Positions 17,719 to 26,638 of a stretch of 64,000 bases of DNA are shown here, piece after piece. The notes under the pieces are model-generated. The model was not told where the DNA came from and searched no databases. It worked only from the letters and a program-made list of their open reading frames with translations. The DNA lies in the NCBI RefSeq assembly GCF_058153355.1, contig NZ_CM177019.1; one strand, given 5' to 3'. A program made the position numbers and the translations under genes. The stretch's first letter is position 1. The number at the start of each line of letters is the position of its first letter.

Positions 17719-18042
17719 TTGATACTCTCTTCCTCCATCACAATTTCAGAAATGCACGTGTGATTTTTTGGCATCCGGCGTTTGGACTATGTGGAGTTCA
17801 AGAGTGGGAAAGTTACAAGAGGTTGAGGGGATAATTAAAGGGATGCTTATGACATTAGATATCCGGTTAGGTACGGATATCGTTGTTATTAAATCTAATT
17901 GATACGTTAATTGTTCACTGAGTATTATTAAAAATGGGGCGTTGAAACGCCCCAGAAAATAAAGGGTAATATATAACAGAAGGTTTATATAGTCAGAAGC
18001 AAGATAGCGCTTCTAAGGAAAGTGGCTTGAGGGGGCCACTTA

Positions 18043-18075
18043 TATGTTGGGGAGGCAAAGCCTCCCACAACATAT
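18043..18075 (-). terminator. Perfect inverted repeat (atgttggggaggc / gcctcccacaacat) just downstream of the porin gene
   Basis: 13-bp stem with 4-nt loop directly 3' of the porin stop at 18091. Confidence 0.6.
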
Positions 18076-18090
18076 CTTTGAGTAATCAGA

Positions 18091-19173
18091 TTAGAACTGG
18101 TAAACCAATCCTACAGCAACGATATCATCGGTAGCAACGCCAGATGCTTTCGTGAAATCGCTCTTATCAATCAGGTTGATTTTGTAATCAACAAAAGTGG
18201 ACATATTTTTGTTGAAGTAATAGGTTGCACCTACATCAATATATTCAACCAGGTCCTGATCACCCCACGCACCCAAGTCTTTTCCTTTAGATTGCAGGTA
18301 AGCAACGGACGGACGCAGACCGAAGTCGAACTGATATTGTGCAACTACTTCGAAGTTTTGTGCTTTGTTGGCAATATGGTTATTACCAAAAACAGTCATG
18401 TTCTGGGTTTCAGAATAGGTGGTAGCCAGATAGATGTTGTTCGCATCATATTTCAGACCAGCTGCCCATACTTCAGCATTTTGACCAGATGCATTCAGGC
18501 TGTTGTTACCGTAGATAACCTGATCATTAGTGCGGTCAGATTTAGCATAGGTTGCACCTACACCGAATCCTTCATACTCATAAGTAGTGGAGAAACCGAA
18601 ACCATCACCGTTAGCTTCAGTTACGTCAGTGCGGTCATTTTTACCCTGATACTGAGCAGCAAAGTTCAGACCATCAACCAGACCAAAGAAGTCGTTGTTA
18701 CGATAAGTTGCAACACCTGTGGTGCGACCAGTCATGAACACATCTGTTTGGGTCCAGGTATCGCCACCGAATTCTGGCAGAACGTCGGTCCATGCACCGA
18801 TATCGTATGCTACACCGTAGTTACGGCCATAATCGATGGAGCCGTAGTCACCGAATTTCAGGCCAGCGAAGGCAAGACGGGTTTTATCTTTGGAAGAACC
18901 TTGAGATTCAGCACGGTTGCCTTTGAATTCATATTCCCACTGACCGAAACCAGTCAGTTGATCGTTGATTTGGGTTTCGCCTTTGAAGCCCAGACGAACA
19001 TAAGTTGTGTCGCCATCATCTGCATCGTTAGAAGAGAAGTAGTGCTTAGCATTAACTTTTCCGTACAGATCCAGCTTGTTACTGTCTTTATTGTAAATCT
19101 CTGCTGCCTGAGCAGACATCGCCATCAGTACTGATGCAGCTACAGCAGAAATTGCCACTGTTAATTTTTTCAT
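18091..19173 (-). CDS. nmpC: Intact NmpC/OmpD-type general porin of the OmpC/OmpF family
   Basis: 360-aa ORF with signal peptide ([23 protein letters not shown]) and C-terminal ...VGLVYQF; closest to recalled NmpC; prophage-type cargo on the opposite strand to emrE-ybcM as in DLP12. Confidence 0.8.
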   Translation of the reverse strand: MKKLTVAISAVAASVLMAMSAQAAEIYNKDSNKLDLYGKVNAKHYFSSNDADDGDTTYVRLGFKGETQINDQLTGFGQWEYEFKGNRAESQGSSKDKTRLAFAGLKFGDYGSIDYGRNYGVAYDIGAWTDVLPEFGGDTWTQTDVFMTGRTTGVATYRNNDFFGLVDGLNFAAQYQGKNDRTDVTEANGDGFGFSTTYEYEGFGVGATYAKSDRTNDQVIYGNNSLNASGQNAEVWAAGLKYDANNIYLATTYSETQNMTVFGNNHIANKAQNFEVVAQYQFDFGLRPSVAYLQSKGKDLGAWGDQDLVEYIDVGATYYFNKNMSTFVDYKINLIDKSDFTKASGVATDDIVAVGLVYQF

Positions 19174-19703
19174 CGTGAGCCCTTTTATTTGAACTATTAT
19201 TTAAAAATGATGTCACTGCACCACAAATATTCATCTAATCAATGAGATTATTTCAAGATGTAAGTTTTAGTTTCTCATTTAAATTGTGAAGTAGATCCCT
19301 ATTTTTATCTGAACTGTTTCTATTGCACACAATGCATGACTATTTTGTGAACGAATATAAATTTGGTAGTCAAATTATATTAAAGGTTGTTATTTATGAT
19401 TGACTCATAATTTATTTATTTAATTTAAATAGCCTAAAAATAACCATGGAGATTATTTGCATGATATTTGTTTAGATTTGTTAATGTAGTTGAGGTGATT
19501 TTATTTAATACGCAATATAGCGCCGCTTGATATTAGTTCTATTTTTTTTTTGCGTAAGATAGATGAGACAAACTGAGACGCATAATGGTTTGCAAGGCTC
19601 TAATACTTTGATGTTGAGGATGTGATGGGGCATGTACGTGCATAGTACAATGATGTCCATGCCGGTGTGGATAATCTCCAGGCTTATCCGGTGCGCCGTA
19701 AAA

Positions 19704-20177
19704 CCCCGTCCTTCAGGGCGGGGATATAAGGCGCGGTTTTCCACCTGACCAGGTGTTTGCTGTTGTTCAATGTATTGGCGGATGACGGATATTGGCGCAC
19801 CTCCGCAGCTACTGGCAAAATAGCCGGGACTCCACAAAACGCCTTTGTAGTAATACCTGACTGCAATATCTGGTCGATCTCGTCGCAGTAATCTACCCGA
19901 TACGCCTTTGTGGCTGTTTACCAGACTGGATATCGCCAGTTTGGGAGGATAGTTAATTAACAAATGGACGTGATTCTGGTTCGCCATCCATTTCAACCAG
20001 TTCAGCTTCAAAATCAGCACATACATTTGAAAAGTAAGTGCGTAGTTTTTCTGTCGCGTCATGGTCAAAAATCTGACGTCGGTATCTGGTGACAAAGACC
20101 CGGTGAACATGCATCAGAAAAACACAGTGCCTTCCACGCCGGATATCGGTTTCTTTTTTCACAGACCAAAGTATCAT
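19704..20177 (-). pseudogene. tnpA: IS200/IS605 Y1 (HuH) transposase TnpA, split by a frameshift
   Basis: N-terminal part in ORF 19953..20177 (HCVFLMHVHRVFVTRYRRQIF...ELVEMDGEPE); HuH motif and catalytic-Tyr region in a different frame in ORF 19505..20110 (NHVHLLINYPP...SCGGAPISVIRQYIEQQQ); frame switch near 19965..19985. Confidence 0.7.
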
Positions 20178-20184
20178 TTGGCCT

Positions 20185-21393
20185 GTGAAACGACTACAAG
20201 CATTTAAATTCCAGTTAAGACCAGGTGGTCAACAGGAGCGTGAAATGAGGCGCTTCGCAGGCGCATGTCGTTTCGTTTTCAATCGTGCTCTGGCACGTCA
20301 GAATGAGAATCATGAGGCCGGTAATAAATACATCCCTTACGGGAAAATGGCTTCCTGGCTGGTTGAGTGGAAAAATGCCACTGAAACGCAATGGCTTAAA
20401 GATTCGCCCTCACAGCCATTGCAACAGTCACTGAAAGACCTTGAGCGGGCTTACAAAAACTTCTTCCAGAAGCGGGCTGCTTTTCCCCGATTCAAAAAGC
20501 GGGGACAGAATGATGCATTCCGCTACCCGCAGGGCGTTAAGCTCGATCAGGAAAACAGCCGTATTTTTCTGCCGAAACTGGGCTGGATGCGCTACCGGAA
20601 CAGCCGTCAGGTCACGGGTGTTGTGAAAAATGTCACGGTCAGCCAGTCCTGCGGTAAGTGGTACATCAGTATTCAGACAGAAAGTGAAGTATCCACTCCG
20701 GTTCATCCTTCAGCATCAATGGTCGGGCTGGATGCTGGCGTGGCTAAACTCGCCACGCTGTCAGATGGCACAGTCTTTGAGCCTGTAAACAGTTTTCAGA
20801 AAAACCAGAAGACGCTGGCGAGACTTCAGCGACAGTTAAGCCGCAAGGTCAAATTCAGCAACAACTGGCAGAAGCAGAAACGCAAAATACAGCGACTGCA
20901 TTCCCGTATCGCAAATATCCGCAGGGACTACCTTCACAAAGTCACAACGACCGTCAGCAAAAACCACGCAATGATAGTCATTGAGGATTTGAAGGTCAGC
21001 AACATGTCAAAGTCAGCAGCGGGTACGGTCAGCCAGCCGGGGCGCAATGTCCGGGCAAAATCAGGTTTAAACCGTTCGATACTGGATCAGGGCTGGTATG
21101 AAATGCGCCGCCAGCTTGAGCACAAGCAGCTCTGGAGTGGCGGTCAGGTGCTTGCTGTTCCGCCAGCGTACACAAGCCAGCGTTGCGCGTGCTGTGGTCA
21201 TACAGCGAAAGAAAACCGCCTGTCACAAAGTAAATTCAGATGCCAGGTATGTGGATATACAGCGAACGCCGATGTAAATGGCGCTCGTAACATTTTAGCG
21301 GCGGGGCACGCCGTTCTTGCCTGTGGAGAGATGGTGCAGTCAGGCCGCCCGTTGAAGCAGGAACCCACCGAAATGATTCAGGCGACAGCCTGA
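20185..21393 (+). CDS. tnpB: TnpB (IS605 OrfB), RuvC-like RNA-guided endonuclease; intact; GTG start
   Basis: 402-aa ORF; N-terminus resembles TnpB; C-terminal zinc finger CxxC...CxxC ([37 protein letters not shown]) and RuvC-like segments. Confidence 0.85.
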   Translation: MKRLQAFKFQLRPGGQQEREMRRFAGACRFVFNRALARQNENHEAGNKYIPYGKMASWLVEWKNATETQWLKDSPSQPLQQSLKDLERAYKNFFQKRAAFPRFKKRGQNDAFRYPQGVKLDQENSRIFLPKLGWMRYRNSRQVTGVVKNVTVSQSCGKWYISIQTESEVSTPVHPSASMVGLDAGVAKLATLSDGTVFEPVNSFQKNQKTLARLQRQLSRKVKFSNNWQKQKRKIQRLHSRIANIRRDYLHKVTTTVSKNHAMIVIEDLKVSNMSKSAAGTVSQPGRNVRAKSGLNRSILDQGWYEMRRQLEHKQLWSGGQVLAVPPAYTSQRCACCGHTAKENRLSQSKFRCQVCGYTANADVNGARNILAAGHAVLACGEMVQSGRPLKQEPTEMIQATA

Positions 21394-21432
21394 ACGTAGC
21401 AGGGATCCACGTCCTTCAGGGCGTGGAGGATG

Positions 21433-22105
21433 TCAACAAACAGGTTGAATTAACTTCGCGCCCTGGTTTTTGACATTACCCACCGCGCGCGACACAGGGT
21501 GCCAGGTGAACTGGTTTGCTGGAACACAGCCACTGGCAGAAATTTCAGAGGCTTCTTTACCGCTAATCTCTTGCCGCATCCATTCCCGCGCAGCTTCTGG
21601 CGACAGTACCAGCGGGCGGCGGTCATGAATATCTACCAGACCCTGGTCTGCTGCTGCAGTGACAATTAAAAATCCTTCGGCTTCGTCACCACGCTCAAAC
21701 GGTGTGCTACCTATCGCGGCTATAAAAACAGGTTGTCCATCAGCGCGATAGATAAAATAAGGCTGTTTTTTTGTCGCCTTCTTTTTTCCACTCAAACCAG
21801 CCATCGGCAAAACAGATTGCCCGACCATGTTGCCAGAGCGGTTTAAACATACGACTGGTTGCCGCAGTTTCTACGCGGGCGTTAATCAGCGGCGGTTTAT
21901 CCCACCATCCGGGAGCATATCCCCAGAAAACCGGATCCAGATGAAGGTGTTCATCACGTTCACTGAGCAGAAGAACTTTGGTTCCCGGCGCGACGTTGTA
22001 TCTGCCAATGGGTTCGGGATCGTAGGGAATATCGCGTTCAATATCTTCCGCGAGAAGCGCAAGGTAATCTTCACGCGTTTGGGATTGGGCAAAGCGTCCA
22101 CACAT
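21433..22105 (-). pseudogene. yedK: YedK (SRAP/HMCES-family abasic-site processing protein) disrupted by a +1 frameshift in a homopolymer run
   Basis: N-terminal 121-aa ORF (MCGRFAQSQ..., catalytic Cys2) and C-terminal 131-aa ORF overlap in different frames; 7-nt T run at 21766..21772 where the intact reading requires 6. Confidence 0.8.
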
Positions 22106-22213
22106 AGCAACCTCCTGAGATCATACTGAAAAGAATAGGAGAGGGGGCGGGTAAAATCTATGTGATGCAGAGGTAACGATGTTCCCGCTGTTGGCCACAG
22201 CGGGAATGAGGGA

Positions 22214-22447
22214 TTACTTCTGAATTAAATAACGAATGGTCGGCCCGTCTTGCTGAATATCCAGCACCGTATAGCCGTGATTACGCGCATCCAGTGGAAT
22301 ATTATTGATCGACTGCGGACAGTCGCTCACCACTTCCAGGATCTCACCTTTTTTTAATTGCGGCATCGCCTCAAGGGTTGCGACTGCCGGATAAGGGCAG
22401 GGTTCACCCACCATATCAAGGCGGTAATCAGGAACGATATTTTTCAT
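22214..22447 (-). CDS. yedF: TusA-like sulfurtransferase-family protein YedF
   Basis: 77-aa ORF with CPxP motif (EPCPYP). Confidence 0.88.
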   Translation of the reverse strand: MKNIVPDYRLDMVGEPCPYPAVATLEAMPQLKKGEILEVVSDCPQSINNIPLDARNHGYTVLDIQQDGPTIRYLIQK

Positions 22448-23649
22448 GCGATCTCCTTAGCAGTCTGCGGTGCCGCACGGCGGAAGAAGCGTTTTTCCCA
22501 GCCGATAATCAACATCAGCGCAGCAAACAGCAGCAAATATGTCACCAGCAGGCCACCCATCGGACCAAAGGTTTTCAGTAGGTTGATTTTGTCCCAGTCG
22601 GTGGCCAGCGCCGGAGCGAAATCATCCCAGTAATACGCCAGAATCGTTGAGCCGATCACGTTGCCCAGACCGACCCACCAGTAGTGCACCTGGCCTTCTA
22701 CCGCGCGGTACATCCAGCCGGTTTCGCAACCGCCTGCCAGCACGATGCCAAAACCAAACAGTAAACCACCGATTACCGCGTTCGGCCCCGCCCACATGAT
22801 TTTGGGTTCAACGCCTAACTGGACGTAACTGAAGATCCCGATGGCACTTACCGCCATACCGATAATGATTGCTTTCGCCATGTGGGTACGTCCGGTGATC
22901 CACATATCGCGGAACGCCGAAGTAAAGCAGATTTGCGCACGTTCAATCAGTAAACCAAAGCCGACGCCAAACAGCATTGCCAGCCCCAGTTTTGGTTGGT
23001 TCATCGCCGTCAGCAGCGCCCAGCCCAGCATGCCGAAAAAGACCAGCATCCCGAGACGAAAACGACGCCGCGCCTGATCCGGTTTTTGCGTCAGCGGTGA
23101 GGCGGCAGAAACTTTCTGCATTTTCACGGGAATACGGAAGATGGGCAGCAGGGTAAAGCGCGCGCCAAACCATGAACCAATGGCAGTGGCGATGGCAAAG
23201 AACCAGGCATGCAGCGAGAACTGAGGAATGCCGGTAAAGAACGCCGCCAGGTTACAGCCCATTGCCAGACGCGCGCCAAAACCGGCGATAATGCCGCCAA
23301 TGATGGCCTGCATAATGCGGATACGGCTGCGCGGCATGCGTAGTTTGACATTGTTGGCCCACAGCGCTGCAGCAAAGCAGCCGCCAAACATACCGAGGAT
23401 CATCATGCCGTCGATGCGGGTTAATGGCGATCCTTCCAGATGAATAATTTTAAAATAACCCCACTCTTCAGCATGGACGCCGAACAGCTGCAGGAGCTGA
23501 CCGCCCCAACGGGTAAATTCACCCGTGACAGCCCAAAAGGTGCCAGTGATGCCAAAGTAGTAAGTGGAGAGAATACCCGCCGCGATGACCGCAGGGATGG
23601 GTGCCCAGAATTTAATCAACCAGGCGTGTTTGAATTGCTGCCATGACAT
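22444..23649 (-). CDS. yedE: YedE, YeeE/YedE-family inner membrane transporter (selenium/thiosulfate-related)
   Basis: 401-aa polytopic membrane ORF overlapping yedF. Confidence 0.88.
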   Translation of the reverse strand: MSWQQFKHAWLIKFWAPIPAVIAAGILSTYYFGITGTFWAVTGEFTRWGGQLLQLFGVHAEEWGYFKIIHLEGSPLTRIDGMMILGMFGGCFAAALWANNVKLRMPRSRIRIMQAIIGGIIAGFGARLAMGCNLAAFFTGIPQFSLHAWFFAIATAIGSWFGARFTLLPIFRIPVKMQKVSAASPLTQKPDQARRRFRLGMLVFFGMLGWALLTAMNQPKLGLAMLFGVGFGLLIERAQICFTSAFRDMWITGRTHMAKAIIIGMAVSAIGIFSYVQLGVEPKIMWAGPNAVIGGLLFGFGIVLAGGCETGWMYRAVEGQVHYWWVGLGNVIGSTILAYYWDDFAPALATDWDKINLLKTFGPMGGLLVTYLLLFAALMLIIGWEKRFFRRAAPQTAKEIA

Positions 23650-23832
23650 GTATGTAGCCTCTGAACTCAGAAGGTTTGAAACAAGAGTCGCGAATCATAC
23701 ATCAAGCAAATTTATTTTCGGGGTAATAATTCACAAAAATAATAGTTAGATCAAATTTCTCTCTGAACCTGGAAAGGCTGGCGACATCAGGGCTTTAATG
23801 CCACAATCCTCTTTTCTTCTCATGCAGGACGA

Positions 23833-24249
23833 ATGATGAAAAAACTCGCAATTGCAGGCGCGCTCATGTTGCTGGCGGGCTGTGCCGAAGTCGAAAACTA
23901 TAACAATGTCGTTAAAACCCCCGCGCCGGACTGGCTGGCGGGCTACTGGCAGACCAAAGGGCCGCAAAGTGCGCTGGTCAGTCCGGAAGCGATAGGCAGC
24001 CTGATTGTCACTAAAGAGGGCGATACCCTGGATTGCCGTCAGTGGCAGCGGGTGATTGCTGTGCCGGGTAAGTTGACATTGATGTCTGATGATCTCACTA
24101 ACGTTACCGTAAAACGTGAGCTGTACGAGGTTGAGCGTGAAGGTAACACCATTGAGTACGATGGAATGACGATGGAGCGTGTGGATCGCCCGACGGCAGA
24201 GTGTGCCGCTGCGCTGGATAAAGCGCCGTTACCGACGCCATTGCCGTAA
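23833..24249 (+). CDS. yedD: Lipoprotein YedD
   Basis: 138-aa ORF with lipobox (LLAGC). Confidence 0.8.
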   Translation: MMKKLAIAGALMLLAGCAEVENYNNVVKTPAPDWLAGYWQTKGPQSALVSPEAIGSLIVTKEGDTLDCRQWQRVIAVPGKLTLMSDDLTNVTVKRELYEVEREGNTIEYDGMTMERVDRPTAECAAALDKAPLPTPLP

Positions 24250-24282
24250 TGAAATCTCCCCGGCTTGCCGCCGGGGATGAAT

Positions 24283-25770
24283 TTAAATCACCTCTTCGAT
24301 AACCCACACGCTGACGCTGCCGCCGTTGCAAAAGAAGGTCGCTTCGCCGTTTTCGTCGGTCACTACGCTCTCTTGCCGATTCCCCAGAAAATCACGCCAG
24401 GTTTTATTGCCGTAATTCTCTCCCAGATGAATGGTTTTTTCGCCATCATCTCCGTTCGACATGACCACCACGCAGCCGGGATATTCGTCGGTGCCACTGC
24501 GGCTAAAGGCAATGCAGTTCGGATGGTCGAAAAATAACGTCTGTACACCGTGGGCGAAACGCTGACGGGCGAGAATTAACTCATCAAGTTGTTCGATTAT
24601 TGGCATATCTATCGGATAGGTTTGCCCGTCACCGCCGACATCTTCGTAATGCGCGCCATAGAGGTCAGGATAGAACACCGAAGGAACGCCATTTTCCCGC
24701 AACAAAATTAAGGCATACGCCAGCGGTTTAAACCACGGTTCGACCGGCGCTTCGAGGGCTTGCAACGGTTGGGTGTCATGGTTGGCAACGAGGGTTACGG
24801 CGTGAAAAGGATCGGCTTCCACCAGCGTCCCAGTGAAAATCTGCGTCATGTCGTAGTCGCGTCCCATGCGCGATGCTTCATGGAATTTCATCTGCAGCGG
24901 CGCATCGAACAGCATGGTTTTGCCTTCCACCTGATCAATATACGTTTGCAGCTTATCAACTTCATGCGACCAGTACTCCGCCACAATAAACAGCGGCTTT
25001 GGCGCAACTTCTTGTACGTGTTCGACCCACTCTTTATAAAACCAGGCTGGAATATGTTTGACCGCATCAAGACGAAAACCGTCGCATTGCGTTTGTTCCA
25101 TCACCCAGCGCGCCCAGTATTTAATCTCTTCCGTCACGGCATGATTGCGAAAATCGATATTCTCGCCCATCAGATAATCGAAATTACCGAGTTCATCATC
25201 AACCTGATCGTTCCAGCCTTCGCCGGTGTAGTCGTTAACAATTTTAAAAATGCCATCTTCATTGGGGTTTTCGATATGGTCGATACCGCTAAAACATTTG
25301 AAATCCCAGATAAACTGCGAGTATTGCCCGGCACGGGCGGGGAAGGTGTAACGCGTCCAGCCTTCGCATTCAATGATTTCTTCATCAATTTGCGTACGGT
25401 CGTCAGCATTAACGCGCTGCACGCGAATAGCTTCTTTTTCATCCGCGCCCATTTTGTGATTGACTACCACGTCCAGCAGCACCGCAATGTCATTACGTTT
25501 CAGAGCGTCAATGGCGGCCAGCAGTTGTGCTTTATCGCCATATTTAGTAGGGATGCTGCCTTTCTGATCAAACTCGCCTAAATCAAATAAATCATAGGAG
25601 TCGTAGCCGACCGAATACCCGCCCGATGCGCCTTTATAGGCGGGCGGCAACCAGACCATATTGATACCAATATCATTAAAACCGTCGGCGCGCTCGGCCA
25701 GTTCAGGCCAGAGCTTACCGCCTTCCGGGTAATACCAGTGAAAACATTGTAACAGCGTGGGATTACGCAT
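24283..25770 (-). CDS. amyA: Cytoplasmic alpha-amylase AmyA
   Basis: 495-aa ORF with GH13 motifs ([12 protein letters not shown]). Confidence 0.92.
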   Translation of the reverse strand: MRNPTLLQCFHWYYPEGGKLWPELAERADGFNDIGINMVWLPPAYKGASGGYSVGYDSYDLFDLGEFDQKGSIPTKYGDKAQLLAAIDALKRNDIAVLLDVVVNHKMGADEKEAIRVQRVNADDRTQIDEEIIECEGWTRYTFPARAGQYSQFIWDFKCFSGIDHIENPNEDGIFKIVNDYTGEGWNDQVDDELGNFDYLMGENIDFRNHAVTEEIKYWARWVMEQTQCDGFRLDAVKHIPAWFYKEWVEHVQEVAPKPLFIVAEYWSHEVDKLQTYIDQVEGKTMLFDAPLQMKFHEASRMGRDYDMTQIFTGTLVEADPFHAVTLVANHDTQPLQALEAPVEPWFKPLAYALILLRENGVPSVFYPDLYGAHYEDVGGDGQTYPIDMPIIEQLDELILARQRFAHGVQTLFFDHPNCIAFSRSGTDEYPGCVVVMSNGDDGEKTIHLGENYGNKTWRDFLGNRQESVVTDENGEATFFCNGGSVSVWVIEEVI

Positions 25771-25847
25771 TCTTCGACTCCATTCAAGGGGAACATTAGA
25801 AGCGTAGCCGTAATCGGATTATTCGCGAGCCATCGGCTCGTTAAGAT

Positions 25848-26213
25848 TCAAAAGAGGTTATCCTGCGGAGCCAGCACAAAGCCGCCCTGATCGCCATAGG
25901 CACTTAACACCGATTTTTGTACCGATGACTGACCGACCAGTTTCGCCAGTTCATCCATCCGAATCTGCAATAACTGCTTTACCCTGCTTTCGTTGTCGAG
26001 AATCAGGCGCAGCATCGGGCGGAGTTGCTCCTGCATCGTGGTGGACGGATCAATCTCTTCAGTCAGATGTGCAATCTCCTGCACCGCATTCACATACGCC
26101 ATTTCGCTGGCGATGAGTTCGTCCCATTGTTCTTCTGTTGCCAGGCGTAACATGAGCTGGCTTTTTTCGACGAGTTGTTGCCAGGCGAAATACAAATGCG
26201 GTGCATGGTTCAT
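25848..26213 (-). CDS. fliT: Flagellar chaperone / anti-FlhDC factor FliT
   Basis: 121-aa ORF downstream of fliS. Confidence 0.9.
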   Translation of the reverse strand: MNHAPHLYFAWQQLVEKSQLMLRLATEEQWDELIASEMAYVNAVQEIAHLTEEIDPSTTMQEQLRPMLRLILDNESRVKQLLQIRMDELAKLVGQSSVQKSVLSAYGDQGGFVLAPQDNLF

Positions 26214-26623
26214 CAGACTGGGTCCTGAATCAAAGAAGGGGAGAGTAAAGACTCTTTCCAGGCATCGGCAATATTGCGCATTAATGCTTCCACTTCTTCG
26301 ACTGCGGAGACATCGTTGCGTAAATTGGCTTGCAGCAAGCGCCTGACCATATAGCTATAAAGAGCAATCAAGTTTTGGGTTAGTTCGTCTTTGCTCTCTT
26401 CATCAAGACTCACCCGCAGCCCGTTCTCAATGATGTTGATCGCTTTTGACAAAGAGACGCCTTTGCCTTGCTGATTGTTGTCCTGCATAAACAGGCGCGC
26501 TCTAACCAGTGCGCTCAGCACTCCATCAAATAGCATGGTGACCAGCTGCTGCTGGCTGGCGCTCATTACGGCGCTTTCGACGCCAATTTGTGCATAGGCC
26601 TGGGTGCCTTTTGCCGCGTACAT
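26213..26623 (-). CDS. fliS: Flagellin-specific chaperone FliS
   Basis: 136-aa ORF. Confidence 0.92.
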   Translation of the reverse strand: MYAAKGTQAYAQIGVESAVMSASQQQLVTMLFDGVLSALVRARLFMQDNNQQGKGVSLSKAINIIENGLRVSLDEESKDELTQNLIALYSYMVRRLLQANLRNDVSAVEEVEALMRNIADAWKESLLSPSLIQDPV

Positions 26624-26638
26624 AGTTTCTCCTGAAGA

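Larger units (their letters stand above)
19685..21436. mobile_element. IS200/IS605-family insertion sequence with divergent tnpA (disrupted) and tnpB (intact); boundaries approximate
   Basis: Y1 HuH transposase remnants and a TnpB ORF, flanked by near-identical subterminal palindromes at 19704..19723 (ccccgtccttcagggcgggg) and 21407..21426 (ccacgtccttcagggcgtgg). Confidence 0.75.

Noticed and set aside
18292-19134. 280-aa ORF on the plus strand inside the porin gene
   Set aside because: Entirely antisense to the porin CDS, which has a clear signal peptide and family-typical C-terminus. Composition is unlike a real protein.
19505-20110. 201-aa ORF as an independent gene
   Set aside because: Its conserved part is the C-terminal two-thirds of TnpA read in a shifted frame. 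The first ~40 and last ~80 residues are read-through of non-coding or flanking sequence, so it is called as part of the tnpA pseudogene.
15397-21436. Island as an active prophage, integron or defence island; CRISPR array anywhere in the window
   Set aside because: No integrase, recombinase, att repeats, attC-like sites or recognisable defence genes were seen. No regularly spaced direct repeats with unique spacers occur anywhere in the 64 kb.
21433-22105. Two separate overlapping genes (131 aa and 121 aa) instead of yedK
   Set aside because: The two ORFs together reconstruct one SRAP-family protein and the frame change maps to a single homopolymer run. A frameshifted single gene is the simpler explanation.
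24760-25581. 273-aa ORF antisense to amyA
   Set aside because: Embedded in the opposite strand of a confidently identified GH13 amylase gene; no independent support.
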